From Nitrospira sp. (GTDB lineage: Bacteria; Nitrospirota; Nitrospiria; Nitrospirales; Nitrospiraceae): DNA of 43,366 nucleotides. Shown piece by piece: positions 1 through 9,400 of this stretch. The notes below the pieces were generated by a model. The model was given only the letters and a program-made list of their open reading frames with translations. It searched no databases and had not been told where the DNA came from. The stretch lies in the NCBI GenBank assembly GCA_035400805.1, contig DAONAB010000001.1, forward strand, positions 1 to 43,366, written 5' to 3'. Positions within the stretch are counted from its first letter, which is position 1; each line of letters begins with the position of its first letter. The position numbers were made by a program, and so were the translations under genes.

Positions 1-1272
1 ACAAGTGGTCAGAAAAGTGTAGGCGACCATCCGAGAAAACCCCCCGTACGGCACAAGCCAGGGATCGCAGGTTGCGGGCACGGTTTTATTATCGAAGGGC
101 TGGTATTCCGACCGCAAGAACTCGTGCCGCATTGTCGGTTCATGTTCTTGGCGCCAGTCGTGCAAAGCCTGAGTAATATCTGGCGGAGGCCGGTATGCAT
201 CAAACGGCCCAATGCCATCTACGGTGATCTTGGAACTCAGAAAGTCCAGTAAGGCATACAGCAAACAACCATTTCGATCATCGGAGTAGTTCTGTCCCTG
301 TTGTCGGAGAAGGAAATGTAGGGTGCGCGTGATCTGTCGTTCTACCGTTCGTCGCTCGATCTGATTCAGAAGGAGAAGGCCATACGCGCCGAGGGCGGTA
401 TGCCTCAGTCTCACGGACAGTTCCATACCTTCGCGGCTCACCGAACGGGTCCCGAATCCCCATGTTGCGGGATCGTGATGACGGTCTAGATACGTCTTGA
501 ACCGAGACAGCACCTGGCGTGGTAACATGTTTTCACCGCGCACCCGACAGTGGTAAAGCACATGAAACGCGAGGATTGAAGACTCGAAGCCACCCTCCTC
601 CTCCATCAATGGATCGGGAGCTATGGAGTAACCTTTCCAGTTGGCTTTCATCCACGGAACGAGGCTCCTTCCCCACCCGCCCGAAGGCAGTTGATCGGCA
701 AGTAGCCATGCCAGAGCGAAGCGTTCCATTGCCCGACAACGGAGTATGACTTGCCTCTCGAATCCGGCTCGTGGTTTGGAGCGATGATAAACCACAGCCT
801 GTTCAGTGGAAAACTTCAGAGACGGCGAGTTCTTCGTAGTAGCGAGCGGCCAAGACTCTGGCTGCTTGCAGGCCGTCAAAAGTCGCACATACTCCTGCTC
901 GCGGTCCGCCGGGAGCCAGTTGATGTAAAGGAACTGCGCCAGGGAGCCTTTGATGGGGGCGTCGTCGAGCCGCAGGGGAATGAAGCGGCGCTCCCGGTTC
1001 AGCGGGTCGCGAAACCGGAACGTGCCCGCCTCCAATTTCGCCCAGTCCGACCCGAACGCCTGGGCCGACATGCAGAGCACGAGCACGCGCGAGTGCTCCA
1101 GCCCTGCCTCGATCTTCGCCAGGATGTTATCGCCGGGCTTGAGCACCCATTCATCGAACCACACCTTCAGCCCGTCGGCCCGCAACCGCTCCGCCAGCGG
1201 CCGCACCACCGCCTTGTCCTTCGCGCTGTGGCTGAGGAAGACGTCGTATTCGAATTCCTGACTTTGCCGCAC
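1..1272 (-). CDS. TIR-domain protein with C-terminal prenyltransferase/squalene-cyclase-repeat-like region; 3' end truncated by window edge
   Basis: Not in ORF track because there is no stop in the window. Manual translation from GTG 1272 (in-frame ATG at 1371 is an alternative) stays open to base 1: EFEYDVFLSHSAKDKAVVRPLAERLRADGLKVWFDEWVLKPGDNILAKIEAGLEHSRVLVLCMSAQAFGSDWAKLE... is a TIR_2 signature. Further on: AWLLADQLPSGGWGRS and RHTALGAYGLLLL. Confidence 0.85.
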   Translation of the reverse strand, partial: MRQSQEFEYDVFLSHSAKDKAVVRPLAERLRADGLKVWFDEWVLKPGDNILAKIEAGLEHSRVLVLCMSAQAFGSDWAKLEAGTFRFRDPLNRERRFIPLRLDDAPIKGSLAQFLYINWLPADREQEYVRLLTACKQPESWPLATTKNSPSLKFSTEQAVVYHRSKPRAGFERQVILRCRAMERFALAWLLADQLPSGGWGRSLVPWMKANWKGYSIAPDPLMEEEGGFESSILAFHVLYHCRVRGENMLPRQVLSRFKTYLDRHHDPATWGFGTRSVSREGMELSVRLRHTALGAYGLLLLNQIERRTVERQITRTLHFLLRQQGQNYSDDRNGCLLYALLDFLSSKITVDGIGPFDAYRPPPDITQALHDWRQEHEPTMRHEFLRSEYQPFDNKTVPATCDPWLVPYGGFSRMVAYTFLTTC

Positions 1273-1546
1273 TGGCGGTACTTTGGCACTTGGGACGGCT
1301 GATGACGACCAAAAACACGGCGAGTGCAACACAGATCGGACATTGGCTGCGACAGTCGACCTCCGCGACATCGAGGCTGCGAGTAGCGGGTTCAATGTTC
1401 CATGGGTGCGGAGAGCGCGACAGCGAACGCCTGCTTGCGGAATCGTGTTCTTGCGCGCATGTTGGAGCGCAGTCAGCGAACACGCCGGCGACCGCTGAGT
1501 GCGAGAATTCCACGCGGCGGGCGACCGGGTGAATGCAGGGAATCAG

Positions 1547-1792
1547 ATGGAACATCCAGTCCAGTATCTGACCGTGGTGACGAAGTTCCTGGATCGCATG
1601 ATCGAGGAGCACGGGGATCGTCTGTTCGTGGCGTTCGGGTTCGTCTGCCTGGCTGTGATCGCCTGGATTCTGATCCGAAAGCGCAGGCATCCGGTCAACG
1701 ATTTCAGGGTCGTCATCCTGCCGTTCAACATCGCGCCGAGGCGTGAGACGGAGCCCGAGCCGGTTGCTTTCAGAGACCGCGACGGCCTCTGA
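1547..1792 (+). CDS. small hypothetical single-pass membrane protein
   Basis: ATG 1547 within track ORF 1499..1792; hydrophobic stretch LFVAFGFVCLAVIAWILI followed by RKRR (positive-inside pattern); occupies an otherwise empty gap. Confidence 0.5.
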   Translation: MEHPVQYLTVVTKFLDRMIEEHGDRLFVAFGFVCLAVIAWILIRKRRHPVNDFRVVILPFNIAPRRETEPEPVAFRDRDGL

Positions 1793-1831
1793 AATGCGGT
1801 TCCGGGGTCGAGCCACGCTGACTGAAAGGTC

Positions 1832-2947
1832 CTATTTCCCCGCAGTCCGCTCCGGAGCGTGCTGCTCATCCTCCGGCCAGGGTCGCGGCTCCCCGTCAAA
1901 GGTGGCCTTCACCACTTCGCGGATGTCACCGTGGAGGGAACTGCGCTCGCCGGCCTTGATTTCAACCCTCACGGGCACCCAGAGAACTTTCGAGGGTTTT
2001 CCCCTGGACCACGGCAGCTCCGCGGTGATTTCCTTCACCATTGAGGCGGCCGCGTTCGTGGCCGGACCGGCCAGTCCCGAAACCACCAGCCAGACGTTGC
2101 CGGCGGCACGGCGCTGTGCGGCAATGATCCCATACATGGTCCACGTATCGCCTTCTGCTGGTGTGACATGAGGTCGGTCTCCCAGGAACACGGCCGTGGC
2201 CTGGTTGTGTTTCACCCGTGAGGCAATCGGGTCGTGGTCGGACTGCAATTCGCGCCAAGTGAGCCCGAAGGCGCTACGAAAGCCGCGTGCCAGCTTCGGG
2301 AGCCAGACAAAGAAGAAGGGCACCTGCTTGCCGGTCTTGAACTTCGGTGTGGCAAACGGCGGGACCCCGAACATCCGTGCGAGCATGACCTCACTGCTGA
2401 GAGCGGCCAGGGGCGATCCGATCGAGATCACCGACGCCTGGTCTTCTTCGAGAACACGGTGCCAACGTTCAGCGTGGATTGCAGTGGCGTCGACCGGACT
2501 GCGCCAAAGCACGTGTTCAATGTCGAATTCGCGGTGGATGTCGACTCTGGAGGCTTGAGTCAGCAAGTCGGCCAGGGACCGGACGTCCCAGAGACTCACG
2601 TCGGTGCGGCGCTCCTCCGGCCGGGGCTTGGCGCCCAGCATGAAGACAACGCGTGGGGAATCCAACAGCACCTCGAACACCCCTCGGGTTTCCAGAATCG
2701 GCAATTGCTGCAGCCCTTGTCCCCGCTTCTGGAAGTAGGTGTTCAGGGCGACCAGGATGTTCCAAGTGAGTCCGACCTTCTGGGGCTCGTCACGGATCTT
2801 CGCCAGGATCTTCCGGTTGACGAGGCAACCCGTTCCGGCTTTGCGGTTTGCCTCGTTGATGAGCTCAGCCAGGCGATTCAGGGTAACGGCACCCGAGGTC
2901 TCAGCCGCGATCAGCGTGCTCAGTCGTAATGGAGGTCTCGTGGTCAC
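1832..2947 (-). CDS. hypothetical protein, putative N-terminal HTH plus C-terminal alpha/beta domain (possible regulator)
   Basis: 371-aa ORF with natural composition; helical N-terminus (TLNRLAELINE...VNRKILAKIRD...LTWNILVALNTYF); C-terminal VISIGSP, YGIIAA and WLVVSGLAGPATNAAA segments; divergent from the XRE gene. Confidence 0.7.
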   Translation of the reverse strand: MTTRPPLRLSTLIAAETSGAVTLNRLAELINEANRKAGTGCLVNRKILAKIRDEPQKVGLTWNILVALNTYFQKRGQGLQQLPILETRGVFEVLLDSPRVVFMLGAKPRPEERRTDVSLWDVRSLADLLTQASRVDIHREFDIEHVLWRSPVDATAIHAERWHRVLEEDQASVISIGSPLAALSSEVMLARMFGVPPFATPKFKTGKQVPFFFVWLPKLARGFRSAFGLTWRELQSDHDPIASRVKHNQATAVFLGDRPHVTPAEGDTWTMYGIIAAQRRAAGNVWLVVSGLAGPATNAAASMVKEITAELPWSRGKPSKVLWVPVRVEIKAGERSSLHGDIREVVKATFDGEPRPWPEDEQHAPERTAGK

Positions 2948-3430
2948 GGTTGGATTGTAGCCCGAGCGCTGTCAATCCGGGAAGGGCATTCAGAGGCCAA
3001 CTTCTGTCCGTTTCGGCACCGCCGACGCGGCGCGAACCTGCCCCTTTGGGTGCCATCGCCCAGACCATGGTGGGGCCAGAAACATCCGTAGGGCTGGTTC
3101 AAGTGCGCAGTTACAGTTGGCGCAAACCACCCAGGTGCGAACCGGCGGATATGAAATCGACCTCGAGACGGTGCAAGGCTGAGGGCGGCCGCGAGACGCG
3201 GGCTCCCGTTCGGGTGTCGTTTACGGCGGCCTGCCAGTGGGTCGATGGTGCTCGACGACTTTCACTTCTTCCTTCCGTTGGTTCCTTCAGGGGCATCCGT
3301 TGTTCCGAAACGTGAGGTGGCTGCCGGAGACTTCGTGTTGTGCGCCCTCGTCGTTCCCAACCGCAAAAAGCAGAGCCGAAGCGTCAGCACGCCCGGCGGG
3401 GAGCAAGAACACCGGGCACCGGGATGCCTT

Positions 3431-3472
3431 GTGTAGGCACTACACCAACCGGGACGGACAAGCGTGTAGGCA
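3431..3472. promoter_or_regulatory. operator-like palindrome GTGTAG-gca-CTACAC plus downstream half-site, upstream of XRE gene
   Basis: Perfect 6-bp inverted repeat at 3431-3445; GTGTAGGCA repeated at 3464-3472; 14 nt before ATG 3487. Confidence 0.6.
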
Positions 3473-3486
3473 TTCCGGCAGTGACT

Positions 3487-3831
3487 ATGAATCTCGATCC
3501 AGTCGCCGAACCGGAATCGCCCAGAAACCTCATCGGGCGCAATGTCTCACGCCTCCGCTATCAGCGGGCGTGGACGCAGGATCAACTCGTGGCCAAACTG
3601 CAGATCGTCGGTTGCGACATCACCAGGGACATTCTCGCCAGCATCGAGACCCTGCGATCGATTGCCACCGACAAGCATGTCTGGTTTCTCGCTGTCGTCT
3701 TCGATGTCGATCTCCGTGAGCTGTTCAATCCTCTGCCCAAGAGTCGGCCCAAACCCAAGGTGGTCGGCGTCGCGACGCCAGTTTCCAAACGGCCTCGGTC
3801 CGACGGCCCCGGTCATCGTGCAAACCTGTGA
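3487..3831 (+). CDS. XRE-family HTH transcriptional regulator
   Basis: RNLIGRNVSRLRYQRAWTQDQLVAKLQIVGCDITRDILASIET...FLAVVFDVDLRELF is a Cro/C1-type HTH; ATG 3487 in the frame of track ORF 3340..3831. Confidence 0.85.
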   Translation: MNLDPVAEPESPRNLIGRNVSRLRYQRAWTQDQLVAKLQIVGCDITRDILASIETLRSIATDKHVWFLAVVFDVDLRELFNPLPKSRPKPKVVGVATPVSKRPRSDGPGHRANL

Positions 3832-3850
3832 CTGACCCAATGCAACCCGC

Positions 3851-6800
3851 ATGGCCAGCCCCCGCAAAACACTTGACGCAAACCTCCAGCTTGACCTGTT
3901 CTCATACCGCAGGCCGACGAATGACACCGCTGACCCAATACGGCCGAATGGCCGAGAAACACTGGCGCGAATTCCTGCCGAAGATGGTGGCGGGGTTGGA
4001 GTCGACCGACCGCCTCCACCGGGTGCTGCTGGAGGCGGAAGAGAAGACCAAGGACGAAATGGCGAGTCTCCGAACGGATTTGATGCGCCAGGGACTGACG
4101 GCCGACCAGGCCCATCGCCAGGCGTGGGAAATGGTCCGGGAACGCTACATCCTGCTCCCGCCGGAGAGCTGAACCGCCGGATCAGAGCCGAGCGCCAATC
4201 CGCGCCGGCCGTTCGCAACGACCAGAACTACCGCATTTCGGACGCAGACAGGATTGGCGAAGGACCGCCGCGCCAGAAATACCGCCAGAACATCGAGGCC
4301 ATCCGCACCCTGCGGGCGTTGGAGGCCGAAGGCCGACCCGCCACACCCGACGAAAAGTCAGTCCTCGTGCGATACGTGGGTTGGGGCGCGATGCCCCAGG
4401 TCTTTGACCCACGGAATTACGAATGGCGAGAGGCGCGCGCCGAGTTGGAGGAGTTGCTGACCCCGGAGGAGTTGGCGGCGGCTCGCGCGAGCACCCTCAA
4501 TGCGCACTACACCTCGCCCACTGTGGTCCGGGCCATGTATCGCGCCCTGGAGCGGTTCGGATTCGAACATGGCCGGATTTTGGAACCGGCGTGTGGCATT
4601 GGCCATTTTTTCGGCCTCATGCCCGAGGGAATGCACCGGCACTCGACCATCACCGGCGTCGAGATTGACCCGCTCACGGTTCGCATCGCCAAAGCGCTCT
4701 ACCCGGACGCGGACATTCGCGGGCAGGGGTTCGAAAGCGCCCAACTTGCCGACGGATTCTACGACGTGGCGATCTCCAACGTGCCCTTCGGCGATTATCC
4801 CGTCCACGACCCACGCTTCAACGCCTACCGGTTCCCTATTCACGACTACTTCTTCGCCAAAGCGTTGGACAAGGTCCGGCCCGGGGGCCTGGTGATGTTC
4901 ATTACGTCGCGCGGAACGATGGACAAGGTGAACTCCACACTCCGGGAGTATCTGGCCCCGAATACGGAGTTCCTTGGGGCCATTCGCTTGCCCAACACCG
5001 CCTTCAAACAGAACGCCGGCACCGAGGTGACAACGGACATCGTCATGCTCCGGAAGCTGCATCCGGGCGAGACCTCGCAAGGACCGGCCTGGCGAGAGGT
5101 GCTGGAGTACACGAATCACAATTGGGAGCGAATCCCGATCAACGAATATTTCGTCGAACGTCCCCACCTGATGCTCGGACATCTTCAGTTGACCGGGCGG
5201 ATGTATCGGGACAACGAGCCAACCTTGGAAGGGGACGGCCGGGTGCTCGCCGACGCGCTCGCCACGGCAATCCCGGCGCTTCCGTCGGGCATCTATCACG
5301 CGCAGCGGATCGAACTGACCGAACCGACGCCTAAGCAGTCCATTCCGGCGCCTGATTACGTCAAGCCCAACGCCTACTGCCTGCACGATGGGATGGTGTG
5401 TATCCGCGAGGACACGGTCCTCCGTCCGCTCAACGACCTGCCCAGCGAGACGCGAGCACGCATTCGTGGCCTGATCCCTGTGCGCGACGCCGTTCGCGAC
5501 TGTCTCCGCTCCCAACTCGATGGCAGCCCCGAAGAACGGGTTCTCGAAACCCGCCAGCAACTCAACATCGCCTACGACCGGTTCGTCGGTCGGTTTGGTC
5601 CCGTCAATAGCCGAGCCAATCAGCGCGCTTTCGACGGGGATCCGGACCTCCCATTGCTGCTGTCGCTGGAGCACTACAACGACGAGACGAAAGTCGCCAC
5701 CAAGGCCGCCATCTTCCGCGAGCGGACGATCCAGCACCGGCAGCCCGTGGCGTCCGCTGCGTCTCCCAAGGAAGCCCTGCTCGTAACCTTGAACGAGCGT
5801 GGCGGCGTGGACCTCGATCACATGGCGGGACTCTTGGCCCAACCGGTAAAGGACTTCCTGCCCGATCTCAAGGGCCTCGTCTTCCTGAACCCGCAGACCC
5901 GGCACTGGGAGACCGATGACCAGTATCTGTCGGGCAACGTCCGCGAGAAACTGGCCGTCGCCGAGGCCGCGACCATCACCGATCCGGCCTTCGCCCCGAA
6001 CGTCGAGGCGCTGAAGTCCGTTCAACCGGCCGACCTCTCCGCCAACGAGATCAATGTCCGGCTTGGAGCGTCATGGCTGCCGCGCGAAGACGTCGAACGG
6101 TTTGTTCACGATCTGTTGGGCGTGGCGTCCGGTGTCGAGGTCGGTCACGTGCCCGCCCTGGGCACTTGGTATGTGAAGGGGGACTGGGACGTGAAACGCC
6201 AGACCGCGAACACCACCGACTGGGGCACCGACCGCTGCTCCGCCCTGGACCTGGTCGAGGACGCCCTGAATCTCAAGACGCCTACGGTGTACGACCTGGA
6301 CGAGGACAAGAAACCGGTTGTGAACGCCCAGGCGACCGAAGCGGCCCGGGAGAAGCAGGAGCGTATCAAGGAGCGGTTCAAGGAATGGATCTGGTCGGAT
6401 GACGAGCGCCGCGAGCGGCTGTGCCGCCTCTACAACGACACGTTCAACCACACTCGCCTGCGCACCTTCAGCGGTGAGCACCTGACCCTGCCGGGTGCCA
6501 GCCAGACCATCACTCTGCAATCGCACCAGAAGGCCGGGGTCTGGCGCATTCTGCAAACGCCGAACACGTTGCTGGCCCACGTCGTCGGCGCCGGGAAGAC
6601 GTTCACGATGGTCGCCTCGGCCATGGAGTTGAAGCGGCTTGGGCTGGCCCGGAAGCCCCTGTTCACCGTGCCGAACCACATGCTCGGCCAATTCTCGACC
6701 GAATTGCTAACATTGTATCCGGGCGCGAACATCCTCGTCGCCGGCAAGGAGGATTTCCAGGCCACGAACCGAAAGCGGCTCTTCAGTCGCATCGCCACCG

Positions 6801-9013
6801 GGAATTGGGACGCCGTCATCGTCACCCATTCCGGCTTCGAGCGCATTCCACTTTCTCAGGACACCCAGCGGCGGTTCTTCGAGGAACAGCTTCACGAGTT
6901 GGAGATGGTTAAACGGCAGAACGCCGAAAGCAGCAACCGTCGGCTCGTCAAGGAACTGGAGCGCGCGAAGAAGCGGCTCGAAACCCGCTTGCAGGCGCTG
7001 GCTGCCGACCACAAAAAGGACAACACGCTAACCTTCGAGGAACTCGGCGTGGACCGCCTCTACGTGGACGAAGCGCACTGTTTCAAAAACCTGTTCTATG
7101 TCTCCAAGATGACGCGCATCGCCGGGCTGCCGCAGACCGCAAGCGAGCGCGCCTTCGACATGTTCCTCAAAGTCCGCCACGTCCAGTCGCTCAATGGCGG
7201 GGGCGGCGTTGTATTCGCCACCGGCACGCCCATCGCCAACAGCATAGCCGAGATGTTCACCATGCAACGGTATCTCCAGCCGGATCATTTGCGGAAACAC
7301 AGCCTGCACCACTTCGACTCGTGGGCGGCCACGTTCGGCGAACCGGTAACGGCGATGGAGTTGTCTCCCGATGGAGCAGCCTACCGTCTCAACACCCGGT
7401 TCGCCCGGTTCATCAACGTCCCCGAACTGATGCAGATGTTCCGCCAGGCGGCCGACGTGCAGACGGCGCAGATGCTCAACCTGCCGCGCCCGACGCTGGA
7501 GAACGACAAACCTGCCATTCGCAACGCGCCTGCGACGCCGGAATTACGGGAGTTCGTTCAGGAGTTGGCCGCGCGTGCGGACCGTCTGAGAACAGCCCGA
7601 GTGGACCCGCGGGTGGACAACATGCTCAAGATTACGTCGGAGGGTCGCAAAGCTGCCCTGGACCTTCGCTTGGTGGCGCCGACTGCGGGAGACGACCCGT
7701 CGGGGAAAGTGAACCTCGCCGTCGAGAACGTCCTGCGCATCTGGCAGGAAACCGCAGACCGCCGCTGCGCCCAGCTTGTCTTCTGCGACCTCTCGACGCC
7801 GAAAGACCGCGGCTTCTCCGTCTATCGCCACATGGCGGACAAGCTCCAGTCCCGCGGCATCCCGGAGCGCGAGATTGCCTTCATCCAGGACTACGATTCG
7901 GATGCCTCGAAGCTGGCACTGTTCAAGGACGTCCGCGCCGGGAAGGTTCGCGTGCTCTTCGGCAGCACGCAGAAAATGGGATCGGGCACGAACGTCCAGG
8001 AACGGCTCATCGCCCTCCATCATCTTGATGCCCCGTGGCGTCCGGCGGATGTCGAGCAGCGCGAAGGACGCATCCTGCGGCAGGGCAACAAGAACCCCGT
8101 GGTGAGTGTGTTCCGCTACGTCACCGAGGGCTCATTCGACGCCTACATGTGGCAAACGCTCGAAACCAAAGCCAAGTTCATCGCCCAGGTCATGACCGGT
8201 GACATGACCATCCGCCGGGTCGAAGACCTTGACTCAGCGGCGTTGACCTACGCCGAGGTCAAAGCCATCGCCTCCGGCAATCCGCTGGTCATTGAGAAAG
8301 CCCAGGTCGATGCCGAGTTGATGCGGCTCACCCGGCTTCGCTCGGCCCATGCCGAGGAACAATACCGGATTCGCAGCAATCTCCGCCATGCTCACGACGA
8401 TGCTGCGACGTTCACAACCCGGCTCGACAACCTTCGCCAGGACATTGCTGACCGCGAAGACACGGCTGGCGACAAATTCAGCATCGTCCTTGACGGCGAA
8501 ACGGTGAGCAACCGTGGTATTGCCGGCGAACTACTCATCCGCCGCGCGGAGAAGTTGAAGAGCCGCGTTTGCGAGGAAGTGCGTGTCGGACGGTTCGCCG
8601 GATTCGGGCTCTTCATCCGCACCAACCTTGGCGGCGAGGCGGACCTCGTGCTGCGCGGAAAGAACAGCTACTCCGCCCGCGTGACCGACACCGCCCTCGG
8701 CACCATTCGATCTCTGGAGGCCACGGCCCAAGGCTTCGAGGAGCGCGCGACGAAACTCGAAACCGACATCGCCGACACGCAGAAGCGAGCCAAGGAACTC
8801 GAAGGCAGGGTGGGCACGCCCTTCGAGCGCGAGGCGCGTTACCAGGAGCTATCCCGGCGGCAGGATGAAATCGAAGAGCAACTCGATCTCACCAAGAACC
8901 AGGCACCCAGCCAGGCGGAGTCAGCGTCCGTGGACGTGGCCGAGGAAACAGTCGAGAAGCAATCCGAATCGAAGGCCATTCGCCCCGCACGACGCTCCAG
9001 CATCCGCGTCTGA
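3851..9013 (+). CDS. DarB-like N6-adenine DNA methylase / SNF2-type helicase fusion typical of mobile elements
   Basis: NAHYTSP, ILEPACGIGHF (SAM-binding motif I), AISNVPFG (motif IV), HDYFF, HVVGAGKT (Walker A), VDEAH, ATGTP, HLDAPWRPADVEQREGRILRQGN. Confidence 0.92.
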   Translation: MASPRKTLDANLQLDLFSYRRPTNDTADPIRPNGRETLARIPAEDGGGVGVDRPPPPGAAGGGREDQGRNGESPNGFDAPGTDGRPGPSPGVGNGPGTLHPAPAGELNRRIRAERQSAPAVRNDQNYRISDADRIGEGPPRQKYRQNIEAIRTLRALEAEGRPATPDEKSVLVRYVGWGAMPQVFDPRNYEWREARAELEELLTPEELAAARASTLNAHYTSPTVVRAMYRALERFGFEHGRILEPACGIGHFFGLMPEGMHRHSTITGVEIDPLTVRIAKALYPDADIRGQGFESAQLADGFYDVAISNVPFGDYPVHDPRFNAYRFPIHDYFFAKALDKVRPGGLVMFITSRGTMDKVNSTLREYLAPNTEFLGAIRLPNTAFKQNAGTEVTTDIVMLRKLHPGETSQGPAWREVLEYTNHNWERIPINEYFVERPHLMLGHLQLTGRMYRDNEPTLEGDGRVLADALATAIPALPSGIYHAQRIELTEPTPKQSIPAPDYVKPNAYCLHDGMVCIREDTVLRPLNDLPSETRARIRGLIPVRDAVRDCLRSQLDGSPEERVLETRQQLNIAYDRFVGRFGPVNSRANQRAFDGDPDLPLLLSLEHYNDETKVATKAAIFRERTIQHRQPVASAASPKEALLVTLNERGGVDLDHMAGLLAQPVKDFLPDLKGLVFLNPQTRHWETDDQYLSGNVREKLAVAEAATITDPAFAPNVEALKSVQPADLSANEINVRLGASWLPREDVERFVHDLLGVASGVEVGHVPALGTWYVKGDWDVKRQTANTTDWGTDRCSALDLVEDALNLKTPTVYDLDEDKKPVVNAQATEAAREKQERIKERFKEWIWSDDERRERLCRLYNDTFNHTRLRTFSGEHLTLPGASQTITLQSHQKAGVWRILQTPNTLLAHVVGAGKTFTMVASAMELKRLGLARKPLFTVPNHMLGQFSTELLTLYPGANILVAGKEDFQATNRKRLFSRIATGNWDAVIVTHSGFERIPLSQDTQRRFFEEQLHELEMVKRQNAESSNRRLVKELERAKKRLETRLQALAADHKKDNTLTFEELGVDRLYVDEAHCFKNLFYVSKMTRIAGLPQTASERAFDMFLKVRHVQSLNGGGGVVFATGTPIANSIAEMFTMQRYLQPDHLRKHSLHHFDSWAATFGEPVTAMELSPDGAAYRLNTRFARFINVPELMQMFRQAADVQTAQMLNLPRPTLENDKPAIRNAPATPELREFVQELAARADRLRTARVDPRVDNMLKITSEGRKAALDLRLVAPTAGDDPSGKVNLAVENVLRIWQETADRRCAQLVFCDLSTPKDRGFSVYRHMADKLQSRGIPEREIAFIQDYDSDASKLALFKDVRAGKVRVLFGSTQKMGSGTNVQERLIALHHLDAPWRPADVEQREGRILRQGNKNPVVSVFRYVTEGSFDAYMWQTLETKAKFIAQVMTGDMTIRRVEDLDSAALTYAEVKAIASGNPLVIEKAQVDAELMRLTRLRSAHAEEQYRIRSNLRHAHDDAATFTTRLDNLRQDIADREDTAGDKFSIVLDGETVSNRGIAGELLIRRAEKLKSRVCEEVRVGRFAGFGLFIRTNLGGEADLVLRGKNSYSARVTDTALGTIRSLEATAQGFEERATKLETDIADTQKRAKELEGRVGTPFEREARYQELSRRQDEIEEQLDLTKNQAPSQAESASVDVAEETVEKQSESKAIRPARRSSIRV
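3921..4172 (+). CDS. small TnpV-like helical protein nested out of frame in the methylase-helicase gene
   Basis: MTPLTQYGRMAEKHWREFLPKMVAGLESTDRLHRVLLEAEEKTKDEMASL...QAWEMVRERYILLPPES resembles the TnpV-like YGxM..H pattern (recognition from memory); the overlapping frame is Gly/Pro-rich low-complexity sequence. Confidence 0.7.
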   Translation: MTPLTQYGRMAEKHWREFLPKMVAGLESTDRLHRVLLEAEEKTKDEMASLRTDLMRQGLTADQAHRQAWEMVRERYILLPPES

Positions 9014-9016
9014 ACT

Positions 9017-9265
9017 GCCGTGACCAACGCGCGTTCCGGTCGGTGGCCGTGCCTGCGCTCATTTCGCGCCGGTTCGCTCCACCTCGCTCCGCGCGCGCTC
9101 GTCACGGCTGATGGGGCGCGCATGGGCGCGGGGCTTCCGTCTGGCCCTTGGCGCGCGACACTCCTCTTCGGCTTTGCTCCGCGCATCCCTCCGCTCCGCC
9201 TCCGTTCCGCTCCCGCGCCACCAACGGCCAGACCGACGCGGCCAGCTCACGTCCGACCGGCCACC
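9017..9265. repeat. GC-rich multi-hairpin non-coding element between convergent genes
   Basis: Inverted pairs: GCCGTGAC 9017-9024 / GTCACGGC 9101-9108; GTCTGGCC 9139-9146 / GGCCAGAC 9226-9233; TGGCGCG 9149-9155 / CGCGCCA 9214-9220; GGTGGCCG 9042-9049 / CGGCCACC 9258-9265. CGCTCC repeats lie inside the loops. Confidence 0.55.
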
Positions 9266-9400
9266 TTCAATTCATCAATCTGAAGTGAGGCGATCGAGAA
9301 CGTCCGTGTGGCCAGAACGGAGCTCTCAAGGCGCAACTGATCTCTGCATCCGCAACACATCGTTTCAAGTCCAGGGCATTCGTTACACGCTTGCGGTGCG

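Noticed and set aside
1270-1291. CACTGGC/TGGCACTT resembling the arm repeat at 43247 (possible left att end)
   Set aside because: Short and degenerate, with no adjacent tRNA-Cys fragment.
751-1302. 183-aa plus-strand ORF
   Set aside because: Antisense shadow of the TIR gene; no motifs of its own.
2954-2975. TTGACA and TACAAT on the minus strand as a sigma70 promoter
   Set aside because: Spacing is only 10 nt.
4358-8023. Long minus-strand ORFs (555, 206, 159 aa)
   Set aside because: Antisense shadows of the GC-rich methylase-helicase gene.
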